This document shows, in pieces, positions 1 to 9,890 of a DNA stretch of 24,000 bases. Numbering within the stretch: the stretch's first letter is position 1; each line of letters starts with the position of its first letter. The translations under genes and the position numbers were made by a program. Below the pieces are notes generated by a model that saw only the letters and a list, made by a program, of their open reading frames with translations, was not told the DNA's origin and ran no database searches. Source of the DNA: an uncultured Planctomycetia bacterium (GTDB lineage Bacteria > Omnitrophota > Gorgyraeia > 2-02-FULL-51-18 > JAGOUK01); assembly GCA_964430735.1 (NCBI GenBank), contig CAYSFB010000011.1:7865-31864 (forward strand). The letters are read 5' to 3'.

Positions 1-1787
1 GATTCGATCATTTTTTTGACGACATCCATGCCGACGCCTCGGCCTGAGAGGCCGGTGACTTTTTCGGCCGTGCTGAAGCCGGGGGCAAAGATCAGCTGAA
101 GCTTTTCATGCGTCGTCATCTGCTCCCCCTGCTCCTGGGTGACGACGCCTTTTTCCACCGCTTTGGCGACGATCCGTTCAGCGTCCATGCCGCGTCCGTC
201 GTCGGCGATCCGGATGCAGATGTTGTTGCCCTTGTGCAGCGCGCTCAGCGTCACTTTGCCCTGGGCGGGTTTGCCGACTTTGAGCCGGTCTTCAGGTCTT
301 TCCAGACCATGATCACAAGCGTTTCGGACCATGTGCATCAGGGGATCGCCGAGTTCGTCGATGATTTTTTTGTCGAGCTCGGTCTCCTCGCCGACCAGCT
401 CCAGAACGAGATCTTTGCCGACGTCCTTTGCGATGTCGCGCACGACCCGCTTGAATCGGCTGAACACGCCTTCGATCGGAACCATCCGGGTTTGCATCAC
501 GCTGGCCTGAATGTCGCTCGAAAGCTTGCCCAGCAGACCTGTGGCTTCATCGAGGTTATAAATCTGGGTTTCGATGTCTTTCAGTGATACGGCTTGAGAG
601 CCGTGCTGATACTGACTGATTTCGTTGACGATCTGGGCGAACCGGGCGCGCGTGATCACGAGCTCTCCGGCCAGATTCATCAGAATATCGAGTTTCTGGG
701 AGTCGACGCGCATCGTCGAAACTTCGACCGGGCCGCTTTTGGCGGCAGGAGCGCCGGCCGCTGCTTTGGCGGCGGGCTTGGCCGCTGCCGCCGGGGCGGC
801 AGGAACCGGAGCGGGAGAAGCCGGTGCGGCTGCGGGCGCGGCCGGAGGCGCGGCTGCGACGGGAGTTTCGGCAGGTGACTGACCGTCGGCCGGCACACCT
901 GTGACGATCTCATGGATCACGGCGGAAACGTCCCTCAAGTCCATGTAGCCCGCCCGCAGATCCGCGATGATTTGCTTGATCGCGTCGATTCCCTTGAAAA
1001 GCACGCGCAGCAATCCGGCGTCGGGGGGCGTGTTCGCATCCCGGAGAACCGACAAGCGGTCTTCCATCTTATGGGCCACGGACTCGACGTCCGGACGCTT
1101 CAAAACGCCCGACGATCCCTTGATTGTATGTGAGATGCGGAAAAGTTCGCCGATCAGATCGGCGCTGAACTGCCCCTCTTCGAGGTTGATGAGCAGCGTA
1201 TTGAAACGCTCGATGTTTTTCTCGACGTCCTCGATGTAGGGCCAGACATATTTTTCGACTTCGGAATACTCGTTCCAGGGGCCGGAAACGGGCAGCGGGG
1301 CGGGCGCGCCGGTCGCCGCTGGGGCCTGGGCCGCTTCGGCCGGCGCGGCGGGCGCCTCGGTGGGAGCTGCCCCGCCTTCGAGAACCGACTTGATCAGCGC
1401 GATCGCGCCGGACACGTCGACGTCTTCGGTCCCCTGCTCACGCAGGCGGTCCAGAAGCGCGTTCAAACTGTCGAACGCGCGGAAGAGAACGTCGATGATT
1501 TGCACGGTCAGATTGAGCTTGTCGTTCCGGGCGCGGTCGAGAATGGTCTCCATCTCATGCGTCAGTCCGTTGACCACCATGAATTCCAGCATTCCGGCCG
1601 CGCCTTTAATGGTGTGGGCCGCGCGGAACATCATATTGATCTCGTCCTTGGGGACCGCCTGGCCCGATTTGACCAGTTCTTCCGCGCGCAACAGGCACTC
1701 GTTCAGCTTCTGAATATGCTGATCCGCTTCTGTCAAAAACTCCCCGATCAGCGCCCGTTTTTCATCATCCGGCATATCCATCGCCAT
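1..1787 (-). CDS. cheA: Chemotaxis histidine kinase CheA, N-terminal part; gene runs off the left edge
   Basis: Reverse-strand reading from ATG at 1787 (MAMDMPDDEKRALIGEFLTEADQ...) has two HPt motifs (FRAAHTIKGAAG, FRISHTIKGSSG), an Ala/Pro-rich linker, the dimerisation/H-box region (MRVDSQKLDILMNLAGELVITRARFA), the N-box (DPLMHMVRNACDHGLE) and the G-box (GFSTAEKVTGLSGRGVGMDVVKKMIE). It is absent from the ORF track because it is open at the edge. Confidence 0.96.
   Translation of the reverse strand, partial: MAMDMPDDEKRALIGEFLTEADQHIQKLNECLLRAEELVKSGQAVPKDEINMMFRAAHTIKGAAGMLEFMVVNGLTHEMETILDRARNDKLNLTVQIIDVLFRAFDSLNALLDRLREQGTEDVDVSGAIALIKSVLEGGAAPTEAPAAPAEAAQAPAATGAPAPLPVSGPWNEYSEVEKYVWPYIEDVEKNIERFNTLLINLEEGQFSADLIGELFRISHTIKGSSGVLKRPDVESVAHKMEDRLSVLRDANTPPDAGLLRVLFKGIDAIKQIIADLRAGYMDLRDVSAVIHEIVTGVPADGQSPAETPVAAAPPAAPAAAPASPAPVPAAPAAAAKPAAKAAAGAPAAKSGPVEVSTMRVDSQKLDILMNLAGELVITRARFAQIVNEISQYQHGSQAVSLKDIETQIYNLDEATGLLGKLSSDIQASVMQTRMVPIEGVFSRFKRVVRDIAKDVGKDLVLELVGEETELDKKIIDELGDPLMHMVRNACDHGLERPEDRLKVGKPAQGKVTLSALHKGNNICIRIADDGRGMDAERIVAKAVEKGVVTQEQGEQMTTHEKLQLIFAPGFSTAEKVTGLSGRGVGMDVVKKMIE
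1116..1130 (-). other. Second HPt phosphoacceptor motif HTIKG in CheA
   Basis: Reverse complement CATACAATCAAGGGA = HTIKG, exactly 162 codons downstream of the first and in the same frame. Confidence 0.85.
1602..1616 (-). other. First HPt phosphoacceptor motif HTIKG in CheA
   Basis: Reverse complement CACACCATTAAAGGC = HTIKG, in frame with ATG 1787. Confidence 0.85.
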
Positions 1788-1795
1788 AACGCCCC

Positions 1796-2878
1796 CTATG
1801 CTTTATGATTGACGCTCAAACCGCAAACTTGATTGACGGCGCCGCCGATCGCTTCGATATCCAGCTGCGCATCCACAGCGCCGGCTTCGAACGCAGCGCG
1901 CGGCATCCCGTAGACGACGCTGCTGGCCTCGTCCTGACCCAGGACATAGGCGCCCTTTTGGTGCATTTTTTTAAGGCCTTCCGTGCCGTCATTGCCCATC
2001 CCGGTCAAAATGACGCCCAGCGAGTTGCCCGTGAAGTGCTCGGAAACGGATTCAAACAGCACGTCGCAGGAGGGGCAAAAGCCGGTCCGCTTCTCGGTCC
2101 CTCCGACCTTCAGATAGAATCCGGAAGCATCTCTGGCCACCCGCATTTGGAACCCGCCGGGAGCCAGATAGCAATAACCGGATTCGAGACGGTCCCCGTC
2201 CTCCGCCTCTTTCACTTCAATCTGCGAAGCCTGGTTCACGCGAGCCGCAAAGCCCGTCGTGAACGAGGCCGGCATATGCTGCACCCAAACGACGGGAGGG
2301 CTTCCGGCTGCAATGTTGGGCACCACGCGCATGCCCGCCTGGACGCCGCCGGTGGAGGATCCGATCGCGATCAAATCGATTTTTTTTCTGGGAAGAACCG
2401 CGCCGGATGCCGGGCGCCGGACCGCCGCCGGAGCGGCGGGCGCGCCTGCCTTGGGACCGAGGCGTCCGTTCATCTTCATGAATCGGCCGCGCAGCGCCAC
2501 GCTCTCGATCTTGCGGACGAGTTGCCCTGCGATTTCGGGGATGCCGGCGGAGGTGCTGCTCGGCTTCTGAAGATAGTCGATCGCGCCAAGCTCCAGCGCC
2601 TTGATCGTCACGGAAGACCCCTCCCGGCTGAGCGAACTGAAAACGAAGACCGGAAGCGGACATTCCTGCATGATCCGCCGCAAGGCCTCCAACCCGTTCA
2701 TGACCGGCATTTCGCAGTCGAGCACGGCCACGTCCGGATTGAGACGCTTCACCAATTCGATGGCTTCCTTGCCGTTGGACGCCGATCCGACCACCTGCAC
2801 GCGGCCCGTCGATTCCAGGGCGTCCTGAAGCACCTTCTTCAAAAAAGCCGAATCGTCCGCCAGCAGCACCTTGATCAT
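1796..2878 (-). CDS. cheB: Protein-glutamate methylesterase CheB (REC + methylesterase)
   Basis: REC domain MIKVLLADDSAFLKKVLQDAL...DVAVLDCEMPVMNGLEALRRIM; CheB catalytic region IDLIAIGSSTGGVQA...WVQHMPASFTTGFAARVN...ILTGMGNDGTEGL. Confidence 0.97.
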   Translation of the reverse strand: MIKVLLADDSAFLKKVLQDALESTGRVQVVGSASNGKEAIELVKRLNPDVAVLDCEMPVMNGLEALRRIMQECPLPVFVFSSLSREGSSVTIKALELGAIDYLQKPSSTSAGIPEIAGQLVRKIESVALRGRFMKMNGRLGPKAGAPAAPAAVRRPASGAVLPRKKIDLIAIGSSTGGVQAGMRVVPNIAAGSPPVVWVQHMPASFTTGFAARVNQASQIEVKEAEDGDRLESGYCYLAPGGFQMRVARDASGFYLKVGGTEKRTGFCPSCDVLFESVSEHFTGNSLGVILTGMGNDGTEGLKKMHQKGAYVLGQDEASSVVYGMPRAAFEAGAVDAQLDIEAIGGAVNQVCGLSVNHKA

Positions 2879-2879
2879 T

Positions 2880-3695
2880 TCACGCCGCCTTTCGGAACAT
2901 GCCGCTTTCGATCAGCCGGAACGACGATTTGACGTCGTTCAAATTCTCGGAAAGGCTGATGAAGAGGTAGCCGCCGGGCTTGACTGCTTTTTCGATGTTC
3001 GAAACGACCGCCTGTTTGACCGGGCGGTCAAAATAGATCATCACGTTTCTGAGAAAAACGACGTCGAGGTCCTTGAGCGGAGCGGGCTTGGTCAGATTGT
3101 GTTGGAAAAAATCGACCTTGGACCGGATCGAAGCCGCCAACTCCACGAATCGTCCCGTGCGCTGGGGCGGCACTTCCCTGAAGTATTTTCTGACCAGCGA
3201 TTCCGGAGTCTCGCGCACCGACCGCTCGGGGAACCAGCCCTTTTTCGCCTGCTCGGTCACGAGCGTGTTCACGTCGGAAGCGTGAAGCTTGACGCCCGGC
3301 GGCACGACGCCCTTATAGAACTCGTTGAGCGTCATCGCGATCGAATAGACTTCTTCACCGGTCGAACTGGCGGCCGACCAGATCGAAAAACCGACACGGC
3401 CGGAACTCTTGAACTCCGGAAGAATTTTTTCGTACAGGTAATTGAACTGAACCGTGTGGCGGAAGAAGTAGGTTTCGTTCGTCGTGATGGCGTTGATGAA
3501 GCCCTCGAGCTCTTCGCTGTTGGGCTTCTCCAGAAGCTTGATATACGCCGAAAAGCTCCCGCACTTCAACTCATCCACCCGCTTCCGGAGACGGGAGTAA
3601 ACCAAAGTCTTCTTCGAAGGCTTTAGAAACACGCCGGTCTGGCGGTGCATGAGCTCCGCTACTTGGTTGAAGTCGGCGTCAGACAGTTCCTGCAC
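2880..3695 (-). CDS. cheR: Chemotaxis protein methyltransferase CheR, GTG start overlapping cheW
   Basis: CheR N-terminal domain plus SAM-binding SIWSAASSTGEEVYSIAM, DVVFLRNVMIYFDRP and GYLFISLSENL motifs. Start codon GTG at 3695 overlaps the 3' end of cheW by 17 nt. Confidence 0.96.
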   Translation of the reverse strand: MQELSDADFNQVAELMHRQTGVFLKPSKKTLVYSRLRKRVDELKCGSFSAYIKLLEKPNSEELEGFINAITTNETYFFRHTVQFNYLYEKILPEFKSSGRVGFSIWSAASSTGEEVYSIAMTLNEFYKGVVPPGVKLHASDVNTLVTEQAKKGWFPERSVRETPESLVRKYFREVPPQRTGRFVELAASIRSKVDFFQHNLTKPAPLKDLDVVFLRNVMIYFDRPVKQAVVSNIEKAVKPGGYLFISLSENLNDVKSSFRLIESGMFRKAA

Positions 3696-4212
3696 TTTTC
3701 TCGTCCTTGCCCACGATCTGCCTGAGAATGTTGTCGTGGATTTTTTCGAAGTTCAAGATGATGATCATCCGCCCTTCCAGCTCGCCCAGACCGTAAATGC
3801 ACTCGCGGTCGACGTGCATTTTGACGGACGGAGCCGGATCCACCTGCGAGGCTTCCATCCGGATGTTCTCCAGAATCTCGTCCACGACCACCCCGAAGAC
3901 ATGCCCTTTGATGTTGGCAACGACGATCTTGGTGTTGTGGTTGAATTCGCAGGACGGCAATTTAAATTTGCGCCGCAAATCAAACACGGGGACCACGCTG
4001 CCCCGGATGTTGAAGACTCCGATCGCGAAGTCCGGCATCTGGGGCACGGGCGTAAACCGCTGGGGCCGGATCACTTCCTGGATGTCGGTGATATTGACGC
4101 CGTACTGCTCGTCCGCGAGCTTGAAGCACACCAGCAGGAGGCTGTTGGCGCTCCGAATATTCGTGTCCGTCGATCCGGAGACCGTGGTCATGGGAGTTGC
4201 GTTCTGCGACAT
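3679..4212 (-). CDS. cheW: Chemotaxis coupling protein CheW
   Basis: FKLADEQYGVNITDIQEVIRPQRFTPVPQMPDFAIGVFNIRGSVVPVFDLRRKF...IILNFEKI. Confidence 0.95.
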   Translation of the reverse strand: MSQNATPMTTVSGSTDTNIRSANSLLLVCFKLADEQYGVNITDIQEVIRPQRFTPVPQMPDFAIGVFNIRGSVVPVFDLRRKFKLPSCEFNHNTKIVVANIKGHVFGVVVDEILENIRMEASQVDPAPSVKMHVDRECIYGLGELEGRMIIILNFEKIHDNILRQIVGKDEKSAGTV

Positions 4213-4226
4213 ATCGCCTCCGACCT

Positions 4227-4997
4227 TTAAATGCCCGTGGGCAGCTGAAAAATAATCACGCCGATTTTGCGTTTGCCGTCATAGATCGGGGCTCCAACGA
4301 AGCGGGCGGGGGCCTCATAGGAAGGCGCGTACGGCTCCATTTCGGACGCATACGTGAACCCCGGATCTTTGGATTCCTTCACCGCCTTGAACACCTTTCC
4401 GAGCATCGTGTCCGCATACTGGCCGTCGTTCAGATTGGTCGTAAAATCGAGCTCCTTGTACACCGTGTAAACGACGTCTCCGGTCTTGGCATCGACCAGA
4501 AAGATATCGTACAGCCCGAAGTAATCCAGGTACTCCCGCAAACGCGGATGCGCTTCCGCGTGATAGGCCGTCCAGCGGGACTTGTCGACTGCCTTGTCCA
4601 GGAGATGCTTGCTGCCGAGCGGGTTCTTATTGGCGCGGATGTAGAAGAATTGAAGCGCGATCGAATCATCGTCCAGCATGCCGAACATGCGGTCGAGATC
4701 CGGCTTGCGGCCGTTGTTCTTCCGGGCATATTCAACGGCGAATTGTGCCTGATAATACTCCGCCAGTTTTGCCTTGAGCCCGAGCACGGGATTCGGGCCC
4801 TCGGCGGCCGCCAGGCCGTTCTCCTCCCGGAACGTCTTGAAGGCTTCAGAAAACTCCTTCATGGATTTCAGCACGATCGGCTGCTTGGCATACGATGCGA
4901 TGTTGATCTCCCAGACGTCCTGCGCCGTGACGCCGCACGGGACGGACAAAACCCCCAGAACCAGAGCGATCGCCGTGAGAATTCGGATGTGTTTCAT
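4227..4997 (-). CDS. Secreted stand-alone Cache-like sensor-domain protein, paralogous to the sensor region of the adjacent MCP
   Basis: N-terminal signal-peptide-like MKHIRILTAIALVLGVLSVPCGVTAQ, no second TM and no signalling domain. C-terminal half ([36 protein letters not shown]...YAPSYEAPARFVGAPIYDGKRKIGVIIFQLP) aligns with the MCP at 5000-7273 ([36 protein letters not shown]...[31 protein letters not shown]). Confidence 0.85.
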   Translation of the reverse strand: MKHIRILTAIALVLGVLSVPCGVTAQDVWEINIASYAKQPIVLKSMKEFSEAFKTFREENGLAAAEGPNPVLGLKAKLAEYYQAQFAVEYARKNNGRKPDLDRMFGMLDDDSIALQFFYIRANKNPLGSKHLLDKAVDKSRWTAYHAEAHPRLREYLDYFGLYDIFLVDAKTGDVVYTVYKELDFTTNLNDGQYADTMLGKVFKAVKESKDPGFTYASEMEPYAPSYEAPARFVGAPIYDGKRKIGVIIFQLPTGI

Positions 4998-6004
4998 GAC
5001 TACAACCCGATCCTCAGCTTCGCCTCGCCCGACGAAGAGGTGCGGCCGGGAGTCTTGGCTGCTCCGGTCGAAGGGCCGTGTCCGTTGGTGTGGGCCTGGG
5101 CTTTCCTCGCCGGGGCTTTCTTGGGCTCGGCGTGGTGTTGTTCTCTTTGAACCGGGTGGCTGTCCGCTCCGCTCACCTTGAACCGGGACACCAGCTGCTG
5201 GAGGTCCTGAGCCTGGGCAGCCATCTCTTCGGAGGCGGCAGCGAGCTCTTCGGCGGCAGAGGCGTTGGATTCGGTGATCGAGGTGTTTTCTTCCATCGTC
5301 GCGGCCTGCTCCTGGGTCGCCGTCGAGATCGACTTGAGCTGGTCGGCGACTTTGGTGATCTCGGTGACCATGGACTTCAGGTTCTGGTCCGCCTGACGGG
5401 AGAGCGTGACACCGCTCTTCACCTGCTGGGAGGATTCCTGGATCAGGTTCTTGATGTCCTTGGCGGAAGCGGCCGAGCGCTCGGCGAGCTTGCGGACTTC
5501 ATCGGCCACGACCGCGAAGCCCTTGCCGTGTTCGCCGGCGCGGGCGGCTTCGATCGCGGCGTTCAAAGCCAGAAGGTTCGTCTGATCGGCGATGTCGGTG
5601 ATGATGTTGACGGCTTCGGTGATCTGCTTGGAGCTGTTCTCGATCAAGCCCATCGCTTCGATGGTCTGGTTCATCTCGGAACCGGTCTTCGAAGCGTTGC
5701 TGGCGACGCCCTGGGCGGCTTCATTGGCGCCGGTGGCGTTGGTGGCGTTGGACTGGACCGAAGCGGAGAGTTCTTCAAAGCCCGCGGACTGCTGTTGGGC
5801 GCCGTCGGAGATCTTCTGGGCGCTGGCGGAGACTTCTTCGGTCGCGGCGTTGAGCTGCGCGGCGGACTGCTTGACCTGGCCGATGATCTCTTCGATCTTG
5901 GAGACGAAGAGGTTGAAGCTCTCGGCCAGAAGACCCGTCTCGTCCTTGGAGGAGACCTGGATGCGCTTGGTGAGGTCGCCTTCGCCTTCGGAGATGTCTT
6001 TGAG
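4994..6004. repeat. Direct repeat copy A: 3' part of MCP gene plus the start codon of the next gene
   Basis: By-eye alignment to 8208-9218 at constant offset 3214 shows identity except three mismatches near the MCP stop (gaggtgcggccggg vs gaggctcgtccggg). Confidence 0.93.
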
Positions 6005-7273
6005 ATTGGCCAGGACCGCGTTCAGAGGCTTCACGATCAAGCGGCTCATCAGGAAGCCGGCAAAAAACACGACCACGACGATGCAGAGCACGATCACGGC
6101 GATGCTCATCATGAGCTTGCGGATCGAGGCAGTGGCTTCGGAAGCCTTGATCTGGGTGACCATCGTCCACTCGAGCCCTTCGATCTGGACGGGGGTGTAG
6201 GCGTTCCAGGTCGTCTCAGAACCGGCTCCGCTGCTGAGCACGCCCTTTTTACCTTCGAGACCCAGCTCGACAGCTTCGGACTCCACCTTCTTGACCAGAA
6301 TGGTGTTTTCCTTGGAGAAGCGTGAGCTCGTGCGCATGAAGTGGTCTTCCGCCACGATGATGCTCTCGCCCGTTTCGCCGAGGCCTTCCGCGTTCTGCGT
6401 GATGGCGTTGATGCGGTCGACCGGCAGCTGGAACACAAAGGCGCCGATGACCTTGTCGCCGCTGAAGACCGGCGCGGCGATGAAAGCCGCCGGGCCGTTA
6501 TAGGAAGGCGCGTACGCCTTGAAGTCGGAGATCGCGACAAAATCGCGGGAGTCGGCGTTGAGAGCCGCCCGCGCGACTTCGCCGAGCGCGGTATTTTTGT
6601 AAGGGCCGTCAAAAAGCGAGGTCGTGAAGTCGACTTCCTTGAAAACGGTATAGACAACATTACCGGTCTCGGCGTCCACCAGGAAGATGTCGTAATAACC
6701 GAATTTGGTGAGGTAGCTGTTCAGGATCGGGTGGAACTTTTCATGCAGCTTGCTGTACGTGGAGGGGTCGTCCGAGACGTTCATCGAGTTTTTCTGACCG
6801 ATGGGACTCGGATTCTTGGAGATATACAGGTACTGCAGCAGACGCGCGGAGACCTGTTCATCGGTCAGCATCCAGTCGGCTCCATCCGAGCGGGTCGCCC
6901 CCGCCGTGTTCTTGACCTGGTAATCGTAGCGGTCCTTGAGAGCGGATTCGATTTCGGAATTGTGGTCGCCGTAGTAGTCGGACAATTCGTCGTCGATCTG
7001 GTTGTACGCGTAGGTGAACTGTTTGACCGCTTGAACGACCATCTCGTCCTCGGCCATGGTCTTGGCCTGATTCCGGATCACCTCAAAGAGGGTCTTGATA
7101 TGCTCGGATTTGACCGTATTGACGGCGAGCAGCTTCTGCTGCGAGAGATCAGTCGCAAGCTTGTTTGCGGACTGAGTGCTCATCAGACCCACGACTATCA
7201 CCGGGATCAGACCGATGAGCATAAAAGCGACGATCAATTTCGTCTTGATGGTCATTTTATCCAGGAACGACAT
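5000..7273 (-). CDS. Methyl-accepting chemotaxis protein (periplasmic Cache-like sensor, HAMP, signalling domain)
   Basis: Two TM segments ([20 protein letters not shown]; [18 protein letters not shown]), HAMP ([26 protein letters not shown]), MCP hairpin ([40 protein letters not shown]). The ORF-track start (7429) is probably too long: AAGGAG lies 7 nt upstream of ATG at 7273 ([13 protein letters not shown]). Confidence 0.95.
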   Translation of the reverse strand: MSFLDKMTIKTKLIVAFMLIGLIPVIVVGLMSTQSANKLATDLSQQKLLAVNTVKSEHIKTLFEVIRNQAKTMAEDEMVVQAVKQFTYAYNQIDDELSDYYGDHNSEIESALKDRYDYQVKNTAGATRSDGADWMLTDEQVSARLLQYLYISKNPSPIGQKNSMNVSDDPSTYSKLHEKFHPILNSYLTKFGYYDIFLVDAETGNVVYTVFKEVDFTTSLFDGPYKNTALGEVARAALNADSRDFVAISDFKAYAPSYNGPAAFIAAPVFSGDKVIGAFVFQLPVDRINAITQNAEGLGETGESIIVAEDHFMRTSSRFSKENTILVKKVESEAVELGLEGKKGVLSSGAGSETTWNAYTPVQIEGLEWTMVTQIKASEATASIRKLMMSIAVIVLCIVVVVFFAGFLMSRLIVKPLNAVLANLKDISEGEGDLTKRIQVSSKDETGLLAESFNLFVSKIEEIIGQVKQSAAQLNAATEEVSASAQKISDGAQQQSAGFEELSASVQSNATNATGANEAAQGVASNASKTGSEMNQTIEAMGLIENSSKQITEAVNIITDIADQTNLLALNAAIEAARAGEHGKGFAVVADEVRKLAERSAASAKDIKNLIQESSQQVKSGVTLSRQADQNLKSMVTEITKVADQLKSISTATQEQAATMEENTSITESNASAAEELAAASEEMAAQAQDLQQLVSRFKVSGADSHPVQREQHHAEPKKAPARKAQAHTNGHGPSTGAAKTPGRTSSSGEAKLRIGL

Positions 7274-7299
7274 ACGCATACTCCTTGTTATCGGGTCCG

Positions 7300-8211
7300 T
7301 TATAGAACCAAAGAATCGACCAATTGGATCAGCCGGGCCAGCTCGGGCTTCGAAATTTCTGCCGAGGATCCGACCGCGCGGCATTTTTGCGACATCTCGG
7401 GCGAAACGATCGACGAAAAGACGACGCACGGCAGTTTTTTCAGCCGCTCAGTCTCCTTGACGCGTTTGATCAGGGCCATTCCGTCCATCTGCGGCATCTC
7501 CAAATCGGTGATCATCAAATGGAAATAATCCTCCAGTTTGCTGAAGTCCCCGCCCGCGATTTTTTCCATGTGCTGCCAAGCCGCCATGCCGTTTTCAAAA
7601 ACAAGAGTTTGATATCCCGCGCCGGCGGTCTGGCGGACCAGCATGTCCCTGATGAACGGGGAATCCTCGACCAAAACAATCCGCTTGGACGAACGATCCA
7701 GATTGGTCGGCTTAAGAAACTTGGTGACATCCACTTCCTGCAGACCCGTTTCCGGGTTGATGACGGACGCGATCTTTTCGAAGTCGAGCAGGAGCAGAAT
7801 CTTGTGCTCGATCTTGATGACGCCGACGGCGTAGCCGGATTTGGATTGAATGATTCCGGAGGGCGCTTCCACCTTCTCCCAGGACACCCGGTGGATGCGG
7901 GTGACTTCATTGACCCAAAAGCCCGCATTCACCCGGTTGAATTCCGTGACGATGATCCTGCTGGCCTTGTTGTCGTGCGTCGTTTCGACGCCCAGATGCT
8001 TGGCCAGATGGATGATCGGCGTGATTCTCTCGCGAAGGTTGATCATTCCTGCCACGGAAGGATGAGATCCGGGGATCGGAACGATTTCGGAGGGATAACG
8101 GATGATTTCCCGCACCTTCGAAACGTTGATCCCGTAGTACTCCTCCCCGAGCCGGAACTCGACGAGCTCCAGCTCATTTGTGCCGCTTTCCAGAAGGATT
8201 TCGTTACTCAT
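7300..8211 (-). CDS. cheV: CheV-type protein (CheW domain + REC domain)
   Basis: CheW-like part [46 protein letters not shown]; REC part [16 protein letters not shown]...[18 protein letters not shown]...LPCVVFSSI. Confidence 0.93.
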   Translation of the reverse strand: MSNEILLESGTNELELVEFRLGEEYYGINVSKVREIIRYPSEIVPIPGSHPSVAGMINLRERITPIIHLAKHLGVETTHDNKASRIIVTEFNRVNAGFWVNEVTRIHRVSWEKVEAPSGIIQSKSGYAVGVIKIEHKILLLLDFEKIASVINPETGLQEVDVTKFLKPTNLDRSSKRIVLVEDSPFIRDMLVRQTAGAGYQTLVFENGMAAWQHMEKIAGGDFSKLEDYFHLMITDLEMPQMDGMALIKRVKETERLKKLPCVVFSSIVSPEMSQKCRAVGSSAEISKPELARLIQLVDSLVL

Positions 8212-9218
8212 GACTACAACCCGATCCTCAGCTTCGCCTCGCCCGACGAAGAGGCTCGTCCGGGAGTCTTGGCTGCTCCGGTCGAAGGGCCGTGTCCGTT
8301 GGTGTGGGCCTGGGCTTTCCTCGCCGGGGCTTTCTTGGGCTCGGCGTGGTGTTGTTCTCTTTGAACCGGGTGGCTGTCCGCTCCGCTCACCTTGAACCGG
8401 GACACCAGCTGCTGGAGGTCCTGAGCCTGGGCAGCCATCTCTTCGGAGGCGGCAGCGAGCTCTTCGGCGGCAGAGGCGTTGGATTCGGTGATCGAGGTGT
8501 TTTCTTCCATCGTCGCGGCCTGCTCCTGGGTCGCCGTCGAGATCGACTTGAGCTGGTCGGCGACTTTGGTGATCTCGGTGACCATGGACTTCAGGTTCTG
8601 GTCCGCCTGACGGGAGAGCGTGACACCGCTCTTCACCTGCTGGGAGGATTCCTGGATCAGGTTCTTGATGTCCTTGGCGGAAGCGGCCGAGCGCTCGGCG
8701 AGCTTGCGGACTTCATCGGCCACGACCGCGAAGCCCTTGCCGTGTTCGCCGGCGCGGGCGGCTTCGATCGCGGCGTTCAAAGCCAGAAGGTTCGTCTGAT
8801 CGGCGATGTCGGTGATGATGTTGACGGCTTCGGTGATCTGCTTGGAGCTGTTCTCGATCAAGCCCATCGCTTCGATGGTCTGGTTCATCTCGGAACCGGT
8901 CTTCGAAGCGTTGCTGGCGACGCCCTGGGCGGCTTCATTGGCGCCGGTGGCGTTGGTGGCGTTGGACTGGACCGAAGCGGAGAGTTCTTCAAAGCCCGCG
9001 GACTGCTGTTGGGCGCCGTCGGAGATCTTCTGGGCGCTGGCGGAGACTTCTTCGGTCGCGGCGTTGAGCTGCGCGGCGGACTGCTTGACCTGGCCGATGA
9101 TCTCTTCGATCTTGGAGACGAAGAGGTTGAAGCTCTCGGCCAGAAGACCCGTCTCGTCCTTGGAGGAGACCTGGATGCGCTTGGTGAGGTCGCCTTCGCC
9201 TTCGGAGATGTCTTTGAG
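8208..9218. repeat. Direct repeat copy B: partner of 4994-6004
   Basis: See copy A. Similarity stops abruptly at ...gagatgtctttgag (6004/9218). Confidence 0.93.
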
Positions 9219-9890
9219 CGAGAGGAGGAGCGCATTGAGGGGCTTTACGATCACGCTGCCCAGCAGCAGGCCCAGCAAACCGACGCCGACACTGATCACG
9301 ACCAGCACCAGCACCACGGATACCGCAGCCAACGATTTTTTCTCGGCGGCGACCACATGCTCGTCGGCGCCGGCTTCGATCGCTTTGCCCATCTTCCCGA
9401 GACCGGCTTCAGCCGCTTCAAACGCCGATACAAAATCGTCCATTTGTTCCGTCGCCTTGTCGCGCTTGCCATCCAGAGCGATTTTGACGATCGACTGAGC
9501 CGACTGAACATATCCGTCGAGATCCGGCCCGACCTCTTTAATGACGTCCTTTTGCGCCTTATCCAGCGGAAGTTTTTCAAGGGAGCTCAGATGCTCGCGG
9601 AAATTGGCGGCGAGTTCATCCAATTCCGTCTTGATTTCCTCCCGGGCGTCTTTCCGATCCCCCTCAAAGAGCGCGCGATATACAACCGCGCGAAGACCGT
9701 CGTGCGTCATATCGGCGAGCGTCATGAGGCGTACGGCGGGAAGCTGCACCTCGGCCACGTCCCTGAGACTGCGGTCCTGCCCCTTGATCGAGGCGTACGA
9801 CACAAGCCCGGAAATGACGAACATCGAGATAAACAGGATCATCAGTCCCGCTATCTTGATCTTGATTGACAGGTTCTTAATCGCGTCCAC
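8214..9890 (-). CDS. Methyl-accepting chemotaxis protein (short four-helix-bundle-like sensor, HAMP, signalling domain)
   Basis: TM ([25 protein letters not shown]), helical extracytoplasmic region, second TM ([24 protein letters not shown]), HAMP and signalling domain. Probable GTG start at 9890 preceded by GGAGG at 5 nt; the ORF-track ATG at 9923 is an alternative. Confidence 0.94.
   Translation of the reverse strand: MDAIKNLSIKIKIAGLMILFISMFVISGLVSYASIKGQDRSLRDVAEVQLPAVRLMTLADMTHDGLRAVVYRALFEGDRKDAREEIKTELDELAANFREHLSSLEKLPLDKAQKDVIKEVGPDLDGYVQSAQSIVKIALDGKRDKATEQMDDFVSAFEAAEAGLGKMGKAIEAGADEHVVAAEKKSLAAVSVVLVLVVISVGVGLLGLLLGSVIVKPLNALLLSLKDISEGEGDLTKRIQVSSKDETGLLAESFNLFVSKIEEIIGQVKQSAAQLNAATEEVSASAQKISDGAQQQSAGFEELSASVQSNATNATGANEAAQGVASNASKTGSEMNQTIEAMGLIENSSKQITEAVNIITDIADQTNLLALNAAIEAARAGEHGKGFAVVADEVRKLAERSAASAKDIKNLIQESSQQVKSGVTLSRQADQNLKSMVTEITKVADQLKSISTATQEQAATMEENTSITESNASAAEELAAASEEMAAQAQDLQQLVSRFKVSGADSHPVQREQHHAEPKKAPARKAQAHTNGHGPSTGAAKTPGRASSSGEAKLRIGL

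Noticed and set aside
6341-7528. Plus-strand ORF of 395 aa, plus other long plus-strand ORFs (1805-2932, 2871-3626, 4197-5150, 7324-8364, 17359-18621, 19040-20161, 21113-22594, 22246-23544)
   Set aside because: Each lies opposite a gene with clear family motifs, and the translations look like out-of-frame, Arg/Gly/His-rich shadows.
8292-9869. Plus-strand ORF of 525 aa (and 5078-6325, 415 aa)
   Set aside because: Antisense shadow ORFs of the MCP genes. They arise from high GC third-position bias and appear twice because the underlying DNA is duplicated; no family motif is present.
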